Shown: positions 11,997 through 20,481, numbered from the stretch's first letter. The stretch: DNA of 24,000 bases from Candidatus Woesebacteria bacterium (GCA_016432525.1 CP066693.1:689773-713772), one strand, 5' to 3'. Numbers and translations: made by a program. The notes: a model not told the origin generated them from the letters alone.

Positions 11997-13661
11997 ATGA
12001 GCAAAACTTCAGTTGCTTCTGTAATAAAGCCTAAATACCTCGGTTATTGTCGCAAGTCCACAGACGAGAAAGAAAAACAGATTTTGTCTATAGATCAGCA
12101 GATTGATGAGTTAAAAACTTTCGCTTCAAGGGAAAATCTAGAAATAGTAGAGTTCTTTGTTGAAAAAAAGACTGCTAAAGAACCTGGTCGCTCAGTTTTT
12201 AACAATCTGCTGAAATTGGTAGAAAAAGGATTGGCAGATGGAATTGTTGCATGGCACCCTGATCGATTAGCCCGAAACAGTGTGGATGGTGGAAAGATTA
12301 TCTACCTTTTGGATACAGGCCAACTTCAAGATTTGAAGTTCCCAACTTTCTGGTTTCAAAACACACCTCAAGGCAAGTTCATGCTAAACATCGCGTTTGG
12401 CCAGAGCAAATATTATGTAGATAATCTTTCAGAAAATGTAAAGCGTGGATTGCATTTCAAAGCCAGACGTGGAGAGTGGCCTTCCTTTGCCCCCTTCGGC
12501 TATAAAAATGACCGTAATACAAGAAATATTGTTGTCGTGCCACAGCAAACAGAACTTGTTAAATATGTATTTACTCATTTCGCCTCAGGGGAACTATCTT
12601 CAACACGAGATGTCAGAAGTTACCTTTTTAAGAAGGGTGTAAAGCGAAAAAATGGAAGGCCACTTCACTACAATCAAATTCGTGCAATTCTTACTCGCAG
12701 TTTATATTACGGTGTCTTTATATATGGTGGTGAAACTTACGAAAGTAAACTTCCACCTTTAATATCCCAAGAGCTGTTTGACAAGGTTCAGGTGCGTCTA
12801 AAGAGACTTCAGCCAACTAATCTCAAAAAGCACGAATTTAATTTCACAGGGCTTATGAAATGCATAGAATGTGGAAGTTTTATTACGGCTGAGAGTCACA
12901 CCAAGCATTACAAATGTGCAAAACGAACCGCAGTTTATATTTATTATCGTTGTGTGAAGAAAAAAGGTGTTTGCTCTCAGCCTTATGTAACAGAAGCTGA
13001 AGTTGAAACTCAGTTGAGAGAAATTGTGAAAAAGTGCTCGCTTTCACCAATATGGGAAAAAGGTTTTATGGAGCTTCTTCTAAAAGATGAATTGGAAGCA
13101 AGAGCTCGCACTTCAGTTGAGCTTTGCTCAATCACAACTTCTCTTGAAGCAGTTGAAAAGAAACTTAGCCGTCTGTTAGAACTATACCTTGAAGAAAGTA
13201 TTGAAGCTGAGGATTATCAGTTAAAGAAAAATCAACTGCTTCACAAGAAACTTGATTTAAAATCCCAGATTGAGAGGGTAAAAGCTGACGGAGTAAGTTG
13301 GCTCGAACCTTTGAGGAACTTTATTATTGAGTCCGCAAATGCGGACAAAATCGCGCGCGCAAAAGAGAATCGCAGTGATTTGGCAATCACTGCCAAAAAA
13401 GTCGGCTCGAACTACTTGCTATTTGATAAACGTATCCACTTTTCCCCAAACAATCCACATATTTCGCTGGCTGCGCGGCCAATCGCAGCCTGCGATGAGC
13501 CCTCGGCTCCCTTGCTGTGCGGGAGACAGGACTTGAACCTGCACGGATTTCTCCATACGCACCTCAAGCGTACGTGTATACCAGTTTCACCACTCCCGCA
13601 AATCTCAAAGTGCCGAAGGAGAGATTTGAACTCTCACGCTCAAAAGAGCACACGCTCCTGA
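11997..13661 (+). CDS. large serine recombinase (integrase)
   Basis: N-terminal resolvase domain (YCRKS21TDEK, HPDRLARN), recombinase domain, zinc-ribbon cysteines (CIECGS...YYRCVKKKGVC) and a coiled-coil region. The last 47 codon positions (46 sense codons plus stop) read through the right junction into antisense tRNA-Leu genes. Confidence 0.9.
   Translation: MSKTSVASVIKPKYLGYCRKSTDEKEKQILSIDQQIDELKTFASRENLEIVEFFVEKKTAKEPGRSVFNNLLKLVEKGLADGIVAWHPDRLARNSVDGGKIIYLLDTGQLQDLKFPTFWFQNTPQGKFMLNIAFGQSKYYVDNLSENVKRGLHFKARRGEWPSFAPFGYKNDRNTRNIVVVPQQTELVKYVFTHFASGELSSTRDVRSYLFKKGVKRKNGRPLHYNQIRAILTRSLYYGVFIYGGETYESKLPPLISQELFDKVQVRLKRLQPTNLKKHEFNFTGLMKCIECGSFITAESHTKHYKCAKRTAVYIYYRCVKKKGVCSQPYVTEAEVETQLREIVKKCSLSPIWEKGFMELLLKDELEARARTSVELCSITTSLEAVEKKLSRLLELYLEESIEAEDYQLKKNQLLHKKLDLKSQIERVKADGVSWLEPLRNFIIESANADKIARAKENRSDLAITAKKVGSNYLLFDKRIHFSPNNPHISLAARPIAACDEPSAPLLCGRQDLNLHGFLHTHLKRTCIPVSPLPQISKCRRRDLNSHAQKSTRS
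13427..13520 (+). repeat. right junction: arm X + core (94 bp), perfect inverted copy at 11841..11934
   Basis: 94/94 identity, checked base by base. Overlaps recombinase codons 478-508. Confidence 0.95.
13518..13599 (-). tRNA. tRNA-Leu (anticodon GAG), type II; integration target
   Basis: Acceptor GCGGGAG/CTCCCGC, anticodon loop TT-GAG-GT, T-arm CAGG-TTCAAGT-CCTG, 82 nt. Confidence 0.9.
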
Positions 13662-13693
13662 AGCGTGCCTGTCTACCATTTCAGCACTTCGGC
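13611..13693 (-). tRNA. tRNA-Leu (anticodon CAG), type II
   Basis: Acceptor GCCGAAG/CTTCGGC, anticodon loop TT-CAG-GA. Minus-strand TATAAT box at 13703..13708 upstream. Confidence 0.9.
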
Positions 13694-13756
13694 TTGAAGC
13701 ATATTATAGCAAAAACTAGAATCAAAGCTAGATAATTGCTAAAATACATCAGTTAT

Positions 13757-13829
13757 GACCCAGTAGCTCAACGGATAGAGCAATTCCCTTCTAAGGAAGA
13801 GGTTGTGCGTTCGATTCGCACCTGGGTCA
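13757..13829 (+). tRNA. tRNA-Arg (anticodon UCU)
   Basis: Acceptor GACCCAG/CTGGGTC, anticodon loop CT-TCT-AA, T-arm GTGCG-TTCGATT-CGCAC. Confidence 0.9.
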
Positions 13830-13892
13830 CAAAAAACTAGGGGTCGGCAATTCTTCGAAGAAACTTCAAAGATGCTTTCCCCTAGTAAGGGC

Positions 13893-14060
13893 TTATTTAT
13901 ATCTGTATTTTGGTGCAATCTCAATCACCCCAATACATATTAGCCCTATAAATAGGGTCGCTACTTCTACTGCAACAAAAAACCAAATCGGATATTTTGT
14001 CGAAGCAAGAGCGACAATGAGCATGCAAACAATCAGTAGCAAAAATTTAAGCCGACGCAT
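13893..14060 (-). CDS. small membrane protein (55 aa from ATG 14060; the track ORF uses TTG 14096)
   Basis: GAGGAG SD 6 nt before ATG 14060. Two hydrophobic helices. Confidence 0.5.
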   Translation of the reverse strand: MRRLKFLLLIVCMLIVALASTKYPIWFFVAVEVATLFIGLICIGVIEIAPKYRYK

Positions 14061-14079
14061 TTCTGGCTCCTCTGCTACA

Positions 14080-15525
14080 ATGTTTACGATGACCAATTAT
14101 ACCATAAAAAACAAAATCTTCCAACATTATAGGGTTAAACTCACAACCATTTTAATCACCTTTTTCTTTCTTTTCATTCTACCTTCACACTCAAATAACG
14201 TATTTGCCATTTACGATCCTTTAATAGTCCTTAACAATAAATTCGGGATCCATATTATTGATGAAAGTGATCTTGATGACGCCAAAAATCTTGTAAACGA
14301 AAATGGTGATTGGGGCTATGTAACTTTAGTAATTCAAAAAGAAGATAGAAATACAGTAAAGTGGCAAAAGGTTTTTGACAAGTTAAGAGAAGATCACTTA
14401 ATCCCAATTGTTCGCATTGCAACTCGCCCTCAAGGTTCAAATTGGGAAAAGCCAAATCCCGACGAAATCGATGGCTGGGTTTCTTTTCTAAACTCCCTAA
14501 ATTGGGTAATCGAAAACCGTTACGTAATAATTGGAAATGAACCAAATCACGCAAAAGAATGGGGTGGAGAAATAGATCCCGTTTCCTATGCAAATTATTT
14601 AAAAGTTTTCTCTCAAAAACTGAAATCAAGATCAAACGATTTTTTTATTCTTGAGGGAGCACTGGATGCCTCAGCAAAAAATACAAAAGGCACTATGGAT
14701 GAACAGGAGTTTTTAACTAAAATGGTTACATCCGTTCCAGATGTGTTTGAAAATGTTGATGGTTGGGCTTCTCACTCATATCCAAATCCTGATTTTAGCT
14801 CTCCTCCAACAGATGAAGGTAGGGAAAGTCTTAAAACTTACCAATGGGAGCTTGATCTTTTAAAAACTTTAAGTATTAAAAAAGATTTTCCAATTTTCAT
14901 TACTGAAACAGGTTGGTCTCAAAAAAATCTAACTGAAGATAAGATAGGGGAATATTATCAGTACGCATTCTCAAATGTTTGGTCTGATCCAAGGATTGTT
15001 GCAGTCACTCCATTTATCCTAAATTATATTGATGATCCTTTTAAGGATTTTTCCTGGAAAAAACAAGATGGATCATTTTATAAATTCTACGACATAGTCA
15101 AAAATTTCCCAAAAGTTAAAGGGTCACCAACCCAAATAGATAAAGCTCAAATTTTAATAGGGATAATTCCACATGATGAGATAGCTGACAAATTTTTTCC
15201 ATTTACTTTAGCAGTTGTAAATCAAGGTCAAGCAATTTGGGATACCAGAAAGATAAACATAACAGGAAATGGGATAGAGGCAGTTCCAATTAAAGCATCA
15301 GCCCCAGAAACAGTGACCCCAGGTCACATAGCTTTATTTGCAGGTATCGGAAAAGTTCAAAACTTTGCAAAATATATAAATAATTTTCTAAGTATCGAAA
15401 ATAACAAAAAAATTATTTCGAATAAATATTATTTCAATATCTTAAACCCAGAAGTTTCCCCATCCCCATTAAACCAATTTATAAATAATATTATTTGGGT
15501 ACTCACAACACATTTAAAAAATTAA
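14080..15525 (+). CDS. secreted clan GH-A-like (TIM-barrel) glycoside hydrolase, tentative
   Basis: N-terminal signal/anchor (LTTILITFFFLFILPSHSNNVFA). IIGNEPN (acid/base-like NEP) and FITETGW (nucleophile-like) motifs. Start ambiguous (14017, 14080 or 14089). 14017 would overlap the divergent small gene. Confidence 0.5.
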   Translation: MFTMTNYTIKNKIFQHYRVKLTTILITFFFLFILPSHSNNVFAIYDPLIVLNNKFGIHIIDESDLDDAKNLVNENGDWGYVTLVIQKEDRNTVKWQKVFDKLREDHLIPIVRIATRPQGSNWEKPNPDEIDGWVSFLNSLNWVIENRYVIIGNEPNHAKEWGGEIDPVSYANYLKVFSQKLKSRSNDFFILEGALDASAKNTKGTMDEQEFLTKMVTSVPDVFENVDGWASHSYPNPDFSSPPTDEGRESLKTYQWELDLLKTLSIKKDFPIFITETGWSQKNLTEDKIGEYYQYAFSNVWSDPRIVAVTPFILNYIDDPFKDFSWKKQDGSFYKFYDIVKNFPKVKGSPTQIDKAQILIGIIPHDEIADKFFPFTLAVVNQGQAIWDTRKINITGNGIEAVPIKASAPETVTPGHIALFAGIGKVQNFAKYINNFLSIENNKKIISNKYYFNILNPEVSPSPLNQFINNIIWVLTTHLKN

Positions 15526-15550
15526 ATGTTTGGCTTTCCCCAAAATGTAA

Positions 15551-15793
15551 CTAGTTAACCTTCTGATCTTTTGAATCTTTACTCACTAGGTTCCACGCTG
15601 AACCAATTTGAACAACCATCCATATCCATATACAACTAAAAAAGATTATCACCAAAGATATTACAGTGGCGATCGAAAAAATAGAACCGCTTGGGTAGGG
15701 CATTGGAAAAGTCGTTGTTATTATATGCGTCGCGTAAATGCTAATTAAAACTGAAGCAACAAAGGAACCAATCAAAGAAACTATGACCGACAC
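15551..15793 (-). CDS. small membrane protein (80 aa, GTG start)
   Basis: Two to three hydrophobic helices. No domain recognised. Confidence 0.45.
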   Translation of the reverse strand: MSVIVSLIGSFVASVLISIYATHIITTTFPMPYPSGSIFSIATVISLVIIFFSCIWIWMVVQIGSAWNLVSKDSKDQKVN

Positions 15794-15880
15794 AACTTAT
15801 TTATGTGCATGCACAAAATTGTGCCTTAACTATGATATAATATTATCAGAATTTGAAGCTGAAATCAAATTCTAATGCTT

Positions 15881-15952
15881 GGGTCTGTAGCTCAGTGGTA
15901 GAGCAACTCCCTCTTAAGGAGATGGTCATGGGTTCGAATCCCTTCAGACCCA
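15881..15952 (+). tRNA. tRNA-Lys (anticodon CUU)
   Basis: Acceptor GGGTCTG/CAGACCC, anticodon loop CT-CTT-AA, TTCGAAT T-loop. TGATATAAT box (15833..15841) upstream. Confidence 0.9.
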
Positions 15953-15956
15953 CTAA

Positions 15957-16616
15957 TTATTTCTTAGCAGTACTTAATACTGTATCAACTGCAGCTTTTA
16001 AACTCTGGTAATCAGGAGTTCCTTCAAACTTAACTCCATTTATAAAAAAAGTAGGTGTTGCACTTACCCCCAAAACAATTCCATCTTTTTTATCTTGGTT
16101 AATTCTTTCCTCTCCTTTTTTATCATCAATAAATTTCCTAAATTTGTCGCGATCCATCCTTATTTCATCAGCATATTTTAAGAAAAACTGCATCGGATCA
16201 GAGCTCTCGCTCCATTCAGTCTGCTTTTGATATAAAATTCTATACATCATAAAAAACTTTCCCTCTTGCTCAGCTGATTCAGCAGCCTCAGATGCAATCA
16301 TTGCATTTTTGTGCTGATCAAGAGGAAAATGTCTGAAAATTAGCTTAACTTTTCCATCGTAATCACTTAAAATTTTTTCAACAGCAGGGAATGCATATCC
16401 ACAAGCAGGGCACTGAAAATCCCCAAACTCAACAATAGTTACAGGAGTAGCTGTTTTCGCACTTTCTCTGGCATCTGCTCTTATTAGTATTGACGTATCC
16501 ACCGGTTTTGGAGTAGATACATCTTTTTTTTGCGGCCTTGACACCAAAAATATTCCACCCAAAACTATCAAAACAGTTACAACCCCAACTCCAATAATTA
16601 ATTTAAAATCTTCCAT
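15957..16616 (-). CDS. membrane-anchored DsbA-family thiol:disulfide oxidoreductase
   Basis: N-terminal TM helix and a thioredoxin-fold CPAC active site (FGDFQCPACGY). Confidence 0.8.
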   Translation of the reverse strand: MEDFKLIIGVGVVTVLIVLGGIFLVSRPQKKDVSTPKPVDTSILIRADARESAKTATPVTIVEFGDFQCPACGYAFPAVEKILSDYDGKVKLIFRHFPLDQHKNAMIASEAAESAEQEGKFFMMYRILYQKQTEWSESSDPMQFFLKYADEIRMDRDKFRKFIDDKKGEERINQDKKDGIVLGVSATPTFFINGVKFEGTPDYQSLKAAVDTVLSTAKK

Positions 16617-17040
16617 TTTTTTTCTTTGTTGATTTTAAATAAAGCTTCATACAAATTGCAATAACCAGAAAGGAACAGAAAGACAAAAAGGGGATTGTCA
16701 CAAAACCAAACCATTCAATAAATCTTGTCGTGCACGAAATCCCAGCAGCACAAGGAGTGTACGCTTCAGGAATTATATTCCAATATAAAAGATTGTGATA
16801 AATTGCAATCAAACCTCCAATTATAGTCAAAGGAAGCACATAGTAAGGGAGATTTTTATCTTTTTTGAGTATTCCTACAGGAATCAAGATTGCAAGTGGG
16901 TACATAAATATTCTTTGATACCAACAAAGAATACATGGGGGAAAGTGGGCAATTTCACTAAAATAAAGGCTTCCCAAGACAGAGACAATTGCAAAAATCC
17001 AAGCAACATAAAGGAAAGTTTTAGGCTTAATTTTGATCAT
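16603..17040 (-). CDS. DsbB/BdbC-family disulfide bond formation protein
   Basis: Four TM helices. PPCILCWYQR motif plus a second Cys pair (CAAGISC). Overlaps the DsbA-like gene by 14 nt (operon). Confidence 0.8.
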   Translation of the reverse strand: MIKIKPKTFLYVAWIFAIVSVLGSLYFSEIAHFPPCILCWYQRIFMYPLAILIPVGILKKDKNLPYYVLPLTIIGGLIAIYHNLLYWNIIPEAYTPCAAGISCTTRFIEWFGFVTIPFLSFCSFLVIAICMKLYLKSTKKKNGRF

Positions 17041-18343
17041 TTAACTTCTTCAGTTTTTTAATGAGGTCAGCAACTGTTATTCTTTCCTGTTTTTTGCTAT
17101 CTCGCTCACGAATTGTCACAGTCTCATCCTCCAAACTTTGATAATCAATTGTCACGCAGTAAGGTGTTCCAATTTCGTCCTGCGCAAAATATCTTTTACC
17201 AATGTTTCCACGATCATCCCAAGCCGTCATGAAATTTGGTTTCAGCTTTTCATAAATCCCGCGCGCTTTTTTAGTTAATTCAGGCTTATTCCCCAGAAGC
17301 GGAAAAACAGCAACTTTATAAGGTGCAATCTTGGGATCCAGTTTTAAATAGATTCTTTCTTTTTCTTCAGTATACGAATCAATTAACAAAAAGAGTAACG
17401 ATCTATCAACTCCGGCCGAAGTTTCAATATCCCAAGGAATAAAACTTTCATTGGTCGCCTGATCTTTGTAACTCATATCCTCTCCTGAATATTCACTATG
17501 GCGTTTCAAATCCCAATCACCTCTGTGATGAATCCCCATAAATTCGCTCCACCCCCACGGAGCTTTATATTCAATATCGGTCGCCATTTTTGCATAATGT
17601 GCTCTTTCGTTATCCTCATGATCCCTAAATCTCAAGTTTTCTTTTTTCATTCCAATAGACAAATACCAATCCATTCTGTTTTTCTTCCAATAGGTAAACC
17701 ACTTTTTCCCTTCAGACTCCTCAGGTTTTATATAAAATTGCACTTCCATCTGCTCAAATTCACGAGAACGGAAAGTAAAATTCCCCGGAGTTATTTCGTT
17801 TCGAAATGCTTTCCCAATTTGTGCAATTCCAAAGGGAATTTTAATCCTCGTCGAATCGACTACATTTTTAAAATTTACATGTACCCCTGCAGTAATCTCA
17901 CCACGAAGATAAACTGGTTTTTTTTGATCTTCAATCACCCCAAGATATGTTTTAACTAAAATATTAAATTGTTTCGGCTGCGTCCACTCGACTTTCTTTC
18001 CTTTGTGACTTTCCTCATGTTCTTTAATACTATCGGGTTTATCAGCACTGAATCGCTCGTGACAAATCTTACATTCAACTAAGGGTTCAGCAAATGATTT
18101 TACATGTCCAGAAGCTTCCCATGTTGTTGGGTTCATCAAAATTGCCGCGTCAACTCCCACAATATCATCACGCAATTGCACCATCTCTTTCCACCACAAA
18201 TCTTTCAAATTCTTTTTAAGAAGTGCGCCTGTTGGCCCATAATCCCAAGTCCCCCCGAGTCCTCCATAAATTTCAGACCCAGGAAATACAAAACCACGTC
18301 TTTTACAAAGTGAAATAACTTTCTGCATCAAATCATCTGCCAT
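17027..18343 (-). CDS. glyQS: glycine--tRNA ligase (class II, dimeric GlyQS type)
   Basis: 438 aa. N-terminal RRGFVFPGSEIYGGLGGTWDYGPTG, class II motifs and a C-terminal anticodon-binding domain. Confidence 0.9.
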   Translation of the reverse strand: MADDLMQKVISLCKRRGFVFPGSEIYGGLGGTWDYGPTGALLKKNLKDLWWKEMVQLRDDIVGVDAAILMNPTTWEASGHVKSFAEPLVECKICHERFSADKPDSIKEHEESHKGKKVEWTQPKQFNILVKTYLGVIEDQKKPVYLRGEITAGVHVNFKNVVDSTRIKIPFGIAQIGKAFRNEITPGNFTFRSREFEQMEVQFYIKPEESEGKKWFTYWKKNRMDWYLSIGMKKENLRFRDHEDNERAHYAKMATDIEYKAPWGWSEFMGIHHRGDWDLKRHSEYSGEDMSYKDQATNESFIPWDIETSAGVDRSLLFLLIDSYTEEKERIYLKLDPKIAPYKVAVFPLLGNKPELTKKARGIYEKLKPNFMTAWDDRGNIGKRYFAQDEIGTPYCVTIDYQSLEDETVTIRERDSKKQERITVADLIKKLKKLNDQN

Positions 18344-18408
18344 GTGCTCATTTTACCACGCTTAACTTGACTTTTCATCCAACATTGTGGCATCCTTTGA
18401 TCTGAAAT

Positions 18409-18978
18409 ATGGGAAATCTTAAGTTCGTGGTATTCTTTATCTTTGCCCCAATAACTATAGCTCTGTCAATCGCCAGTCTCACAAATATCAATAAAAATAT
18501 AGAAAACTATGGTAAAGTTACGGCGAAAACAGGAGTACGCCTCTTTGCCTCCCGTCCTAAATCAGTTCCCACCATAGAAGCCGATCCTATAACGGCCGAC
18601 GCCAGAGAAGAAATTCTAAAGCAATATTTTACAAAATTTGATTCACCCTTATTAAGTTACACTCATTTGATAATCGAAGAAGCAGATAGACTTGGCCTAG
18701 ATTTCCGACTACTGCCAGCAATAGCCCGTCAGGAATCAGGTCTTTGTAAAATAATTCCCGAAAATTCACACAATTGTTGGGGTTGGGGGATTACAAGTGT
18801 GGCAACTTTATATTTTGACTCTTACGACCAGGCCATAAAGGTTGTTTCTCAGGGAATTAAAAATAATTATATAGATGAAGGCCTGACTACCCCTCAACAG
18901 ATTATGGCAAAATACACACCTCAATCAAATGGCTCCTGGGCCAACGGAGTTACTGATTTCATGAAAGATCTACAGTAG
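18409..18978 (+). CDS. membrane-anchored peptidoglycan hydrolase-like protein (GH73 glucosaminidase / SLT-like), tentative
   Basis: N-terminal TM helix. AIARQESGLC ... NCWGWG resembles the ExSG / NxxG pattern of muramidase or glucosaminidase domains. Assignment by eye only. Confidence 0.45.
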   Translation: MGNLKFVVFFIFAPITIALSIASLTNINKNIENYGKVTAKTGVRLFASRPKSVPTIEADPITADAREEILKQYFTKFDSPLLSYTHLIIEEADRLGLDFRLLPAIARQESGLCKIIPENSHNCWGWGITSVATLYFDSYDQAIKVVSQGIKNNYIDEGLTTPQQIMAKYTPQSNGSWANGVTDFMKDLQ

Positions 18979-18983
18979 AAAAA

Positions 18984-19763
18984 ATGTCAAGTGCCTACGA
19001 TAAATACGACTACCAATCTTACTGGAAAGGTCGTGAGTACGAACACGAAAGCGAAGTTTTGGCAATCAAAAGCTTCTTAAAAAAAATCAAAAAAATCAAA
19101 AAAACCTTAGAAATTGGTGGAGGATTTGGCAGAACTACTCCATACTATGCTTACAGAACTAAAAAAATAGTTTTTACTGATCCATCAGCCAAAAACATAA
19201 AAGATGCCAAGTTCCATCTTCTCAAAAAGCATACTCTTCCAGAAAGCAAAATAGAATTTAAACAATCAAGCCTTGAAAATCTAAAAAAAACTTTTAGAAA
19301 GTCAAAATTTGACTTGGTTGTCATGGTTAGAGTAATGCACCATCTACTTTCTCCAGAAAAAGCAGTTGCAACAATTGAAAGTTTGACTGAAGATGGAGGG
19401 TATTTGATTTTAGAATTTGCCAACAAAATTCACTTTAAAGAAGTCTTCAAGAATCTCACTAAAGGTAATTTTAACTTTTTGAGAGACCAAACCCCAATCG
19501 ATAGAAGAAGCCAAAAAAACATTAAAAACAAAACTCTTCCTTTTATAAATTATCACCCTAAAACCATAATGAATCTTCTCAAAAAACATAACTTTAAAAT
19601 CCTGTCCATCTATTCAGTCTCAAATATAAGAAGTCCATTCATCAAAAAGAGGGTGCCTGAAGAATTATTATTAAACCTAGAAAGTACTTTACAATTTCCT
19701 ATGGGTAAAATATTCTTCGGTCCCTCAATCTTCATCCTGGCTCAAAAAGAGGTCAAAAAATAA
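18984..19763 (+). CDS. class I SAM-dependent methyltransferase
   Basis: Motif I LEIGGGFGR, followed by the acidic post-I residue (FTD) and a DLVVMVRVMHH motif. Confidence 0.75.
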   Translation: MSSAYDKYDYQSYWKGREYEHESEVLAIKSFLKKIKKIKKTLEIGGGFGRTTPYYAYRTKKIVFTDPSAKNIKDAKFHLLKKHTLPESKIEFKQSSLENLKKTFRKSKFDLVVMVRVMHHLLSPEKAVATIESLTEDGGYLILEFANKIHFKEVFKNLTKGNFNFLRDQTPIDRRSQKNIKNKTLPFINYHPKTIMNLLKKHNFKILSIYSVSNIRSPFIKKRVPEELLLNLESTLQFPMGKIFFGPSIFILAQKEVKK

Positions 19764-19769
19764 AAATAT

Positions 19770-19798
19770 TTGACAACCCCATAGAGTTATGTTATAGT
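19770..19798 (+). promoter_or_regulatory. near-consensus promoter TTGACA-N17-TATAGT
   Basis: Read directly. Begins 7 nt after the methyltransferase stop. Confidence 0.6.
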
Positions 19799-19804
19799 AC
19801 ACAA

Positions 19805-19885
19805 TTACGTTCTGAGGCAACCCCGATTTATCGTGGGAAGCGTTAGAATTCTCTGGAAAAGCCCCGAGTTTTACTCGGGGTTTTT
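19805..19885 (+). ncRNA. candidate ~80-nt small RNA of unknown class
   Basis: Bounded by the promoter at 19770..19798 and an intrinsic terminator. No start codon or ORF. Internal pairings are possible (acgttc/gaagcgt, ccccga/tcgtggg). Confidence 0.45.
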
Positions 19886-19891
19886 CTTTTT
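19861..19891 (+). terminator. intrinsic terminator (ccccgag-tttta-ctcgggg + TTTTTCTTTTT)
   Basis: Perfect 7-bp GC-rich stem followed by a T-tract. Confidence 0.7.
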
Positions 19892-19951
19892 CTATAGTAT
19901 AATATACTACATAAAAGATTAACATGTAATCTTAATTTTTTATCTTTCTTT

Positions 19952-20035
19952 GCCGAAGTGTTGAAATTGGCAGACAAGCAGGTTTTAGGAACCTGTGCGA
20001 GCAATCGCGTGTGGGTTCAAGTCCCACCTTCGGCA
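19952..20035 (+). tRNA. tRNA-Leu (anticodon UAG), type II
   Basis: Acceptor GCCGAAG/CTTCGGC, anticodon loop TT-TAG-GA, T-arm GTGGG-TTCAAGT-CCCAC. TAGTATAAT box upstream (about 19895..19903). Confidence 0.9.
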
Positions 20036-20075
20036 CCTAGAAACTTTTGTCTTAAGGTTATATACTTTTATAGAG

Positions 20076-20462
20076 ATGAATATTACACTGCCTTCAAATA
20101 TCCAATTATCATCCTCAAATATACCTATTATTGTAATTGGAGCAGGAGTTTTCCTCCTCTTCGTTATCTTAGCTCAAATGAGTAGAGGATTTATAAGCTG
20201 GTCGCTCTCAGGCGCTGGTGTCGGATTTTTTGGAGGGATTATCGCAACAGTCGCAATTTTAGCTTTGGTTATTTATTTTGGTCGGGGAGCAATAAAGGCA
20301 GTTCTAACTTGGGATAAAGCTCCAGCTCCCATTAAAAATATCAGTAGTGTCCTGGGCGCTAAAACAGAAAAAGTAACTAATGAAACTGTCAAAATTGACT
20401 ACAATTCTCTCCCAAGTGAAGAAAAGGATAACGTTAAGAGTTACATTTGTCCATCCAAATAA
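20076..20462 (+). CDS. membrane protein (128 aa from ATG 20076)
   Basis: The track ORF (19995) begins inside tRNA-Leu, so the first Met after the tRNA was taken. Three hydrophobic segments. Confidence 0.55.
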   Translation: MNITLPSNIQLSSSNIPIIVIGAGVFLLFVILAQMSRGFISWSLSGAGVGFFGGIIATVAILALVIYFGRGAIKAVLTWDKAPAPIKNISSVLGAKTEKVTNETVKIDYNSLPSEEKDNVKSYICPSK

Positions 20463-20481
20463 AAAGTGTTAACCTAAACAA

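Larger units (their letters stand above)
6051..13520. mobile_element. ~7.47 kb integrated island (large-serine-recombinase element) in the 3' end of tRNA-Leu(GAG)
   Basis: The 6-bp core CTGTGC is present at both ends (6051..6056, 13515..13520). The right core overlaps the last 2 nt of the tRNA acceptor stem plus the discriminator. Removing 6057..13520 restores tRNA-Leu(GAG), a 38-nt spacer and tRNA-Val. The recombinase is at the right end and composition shifts inside. Confidence 0.8.

Noticed and set aside
11676-12004. ORFs 11676..11993 (+) and 11735..12004 (-)
   Set aside because: Both are translations of the inverted junction copy (arms Y and X). The shared peptide with ORF 13327..13536 simply reflects the DNA repeat.
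13327-13735. ORFs 13327..13536 (+) and 13517..13735 (+)
   Set aside because: Out-of-frame overlap with the recombinase and arm X, and antisense read-through of the two tRNA-Leu genes.
17498-18313. Plus-strand ORFs inside glyQS (17498..17959, 18104..18313)
   Set aside because: Antisense to a confidently identified synthetase gene.
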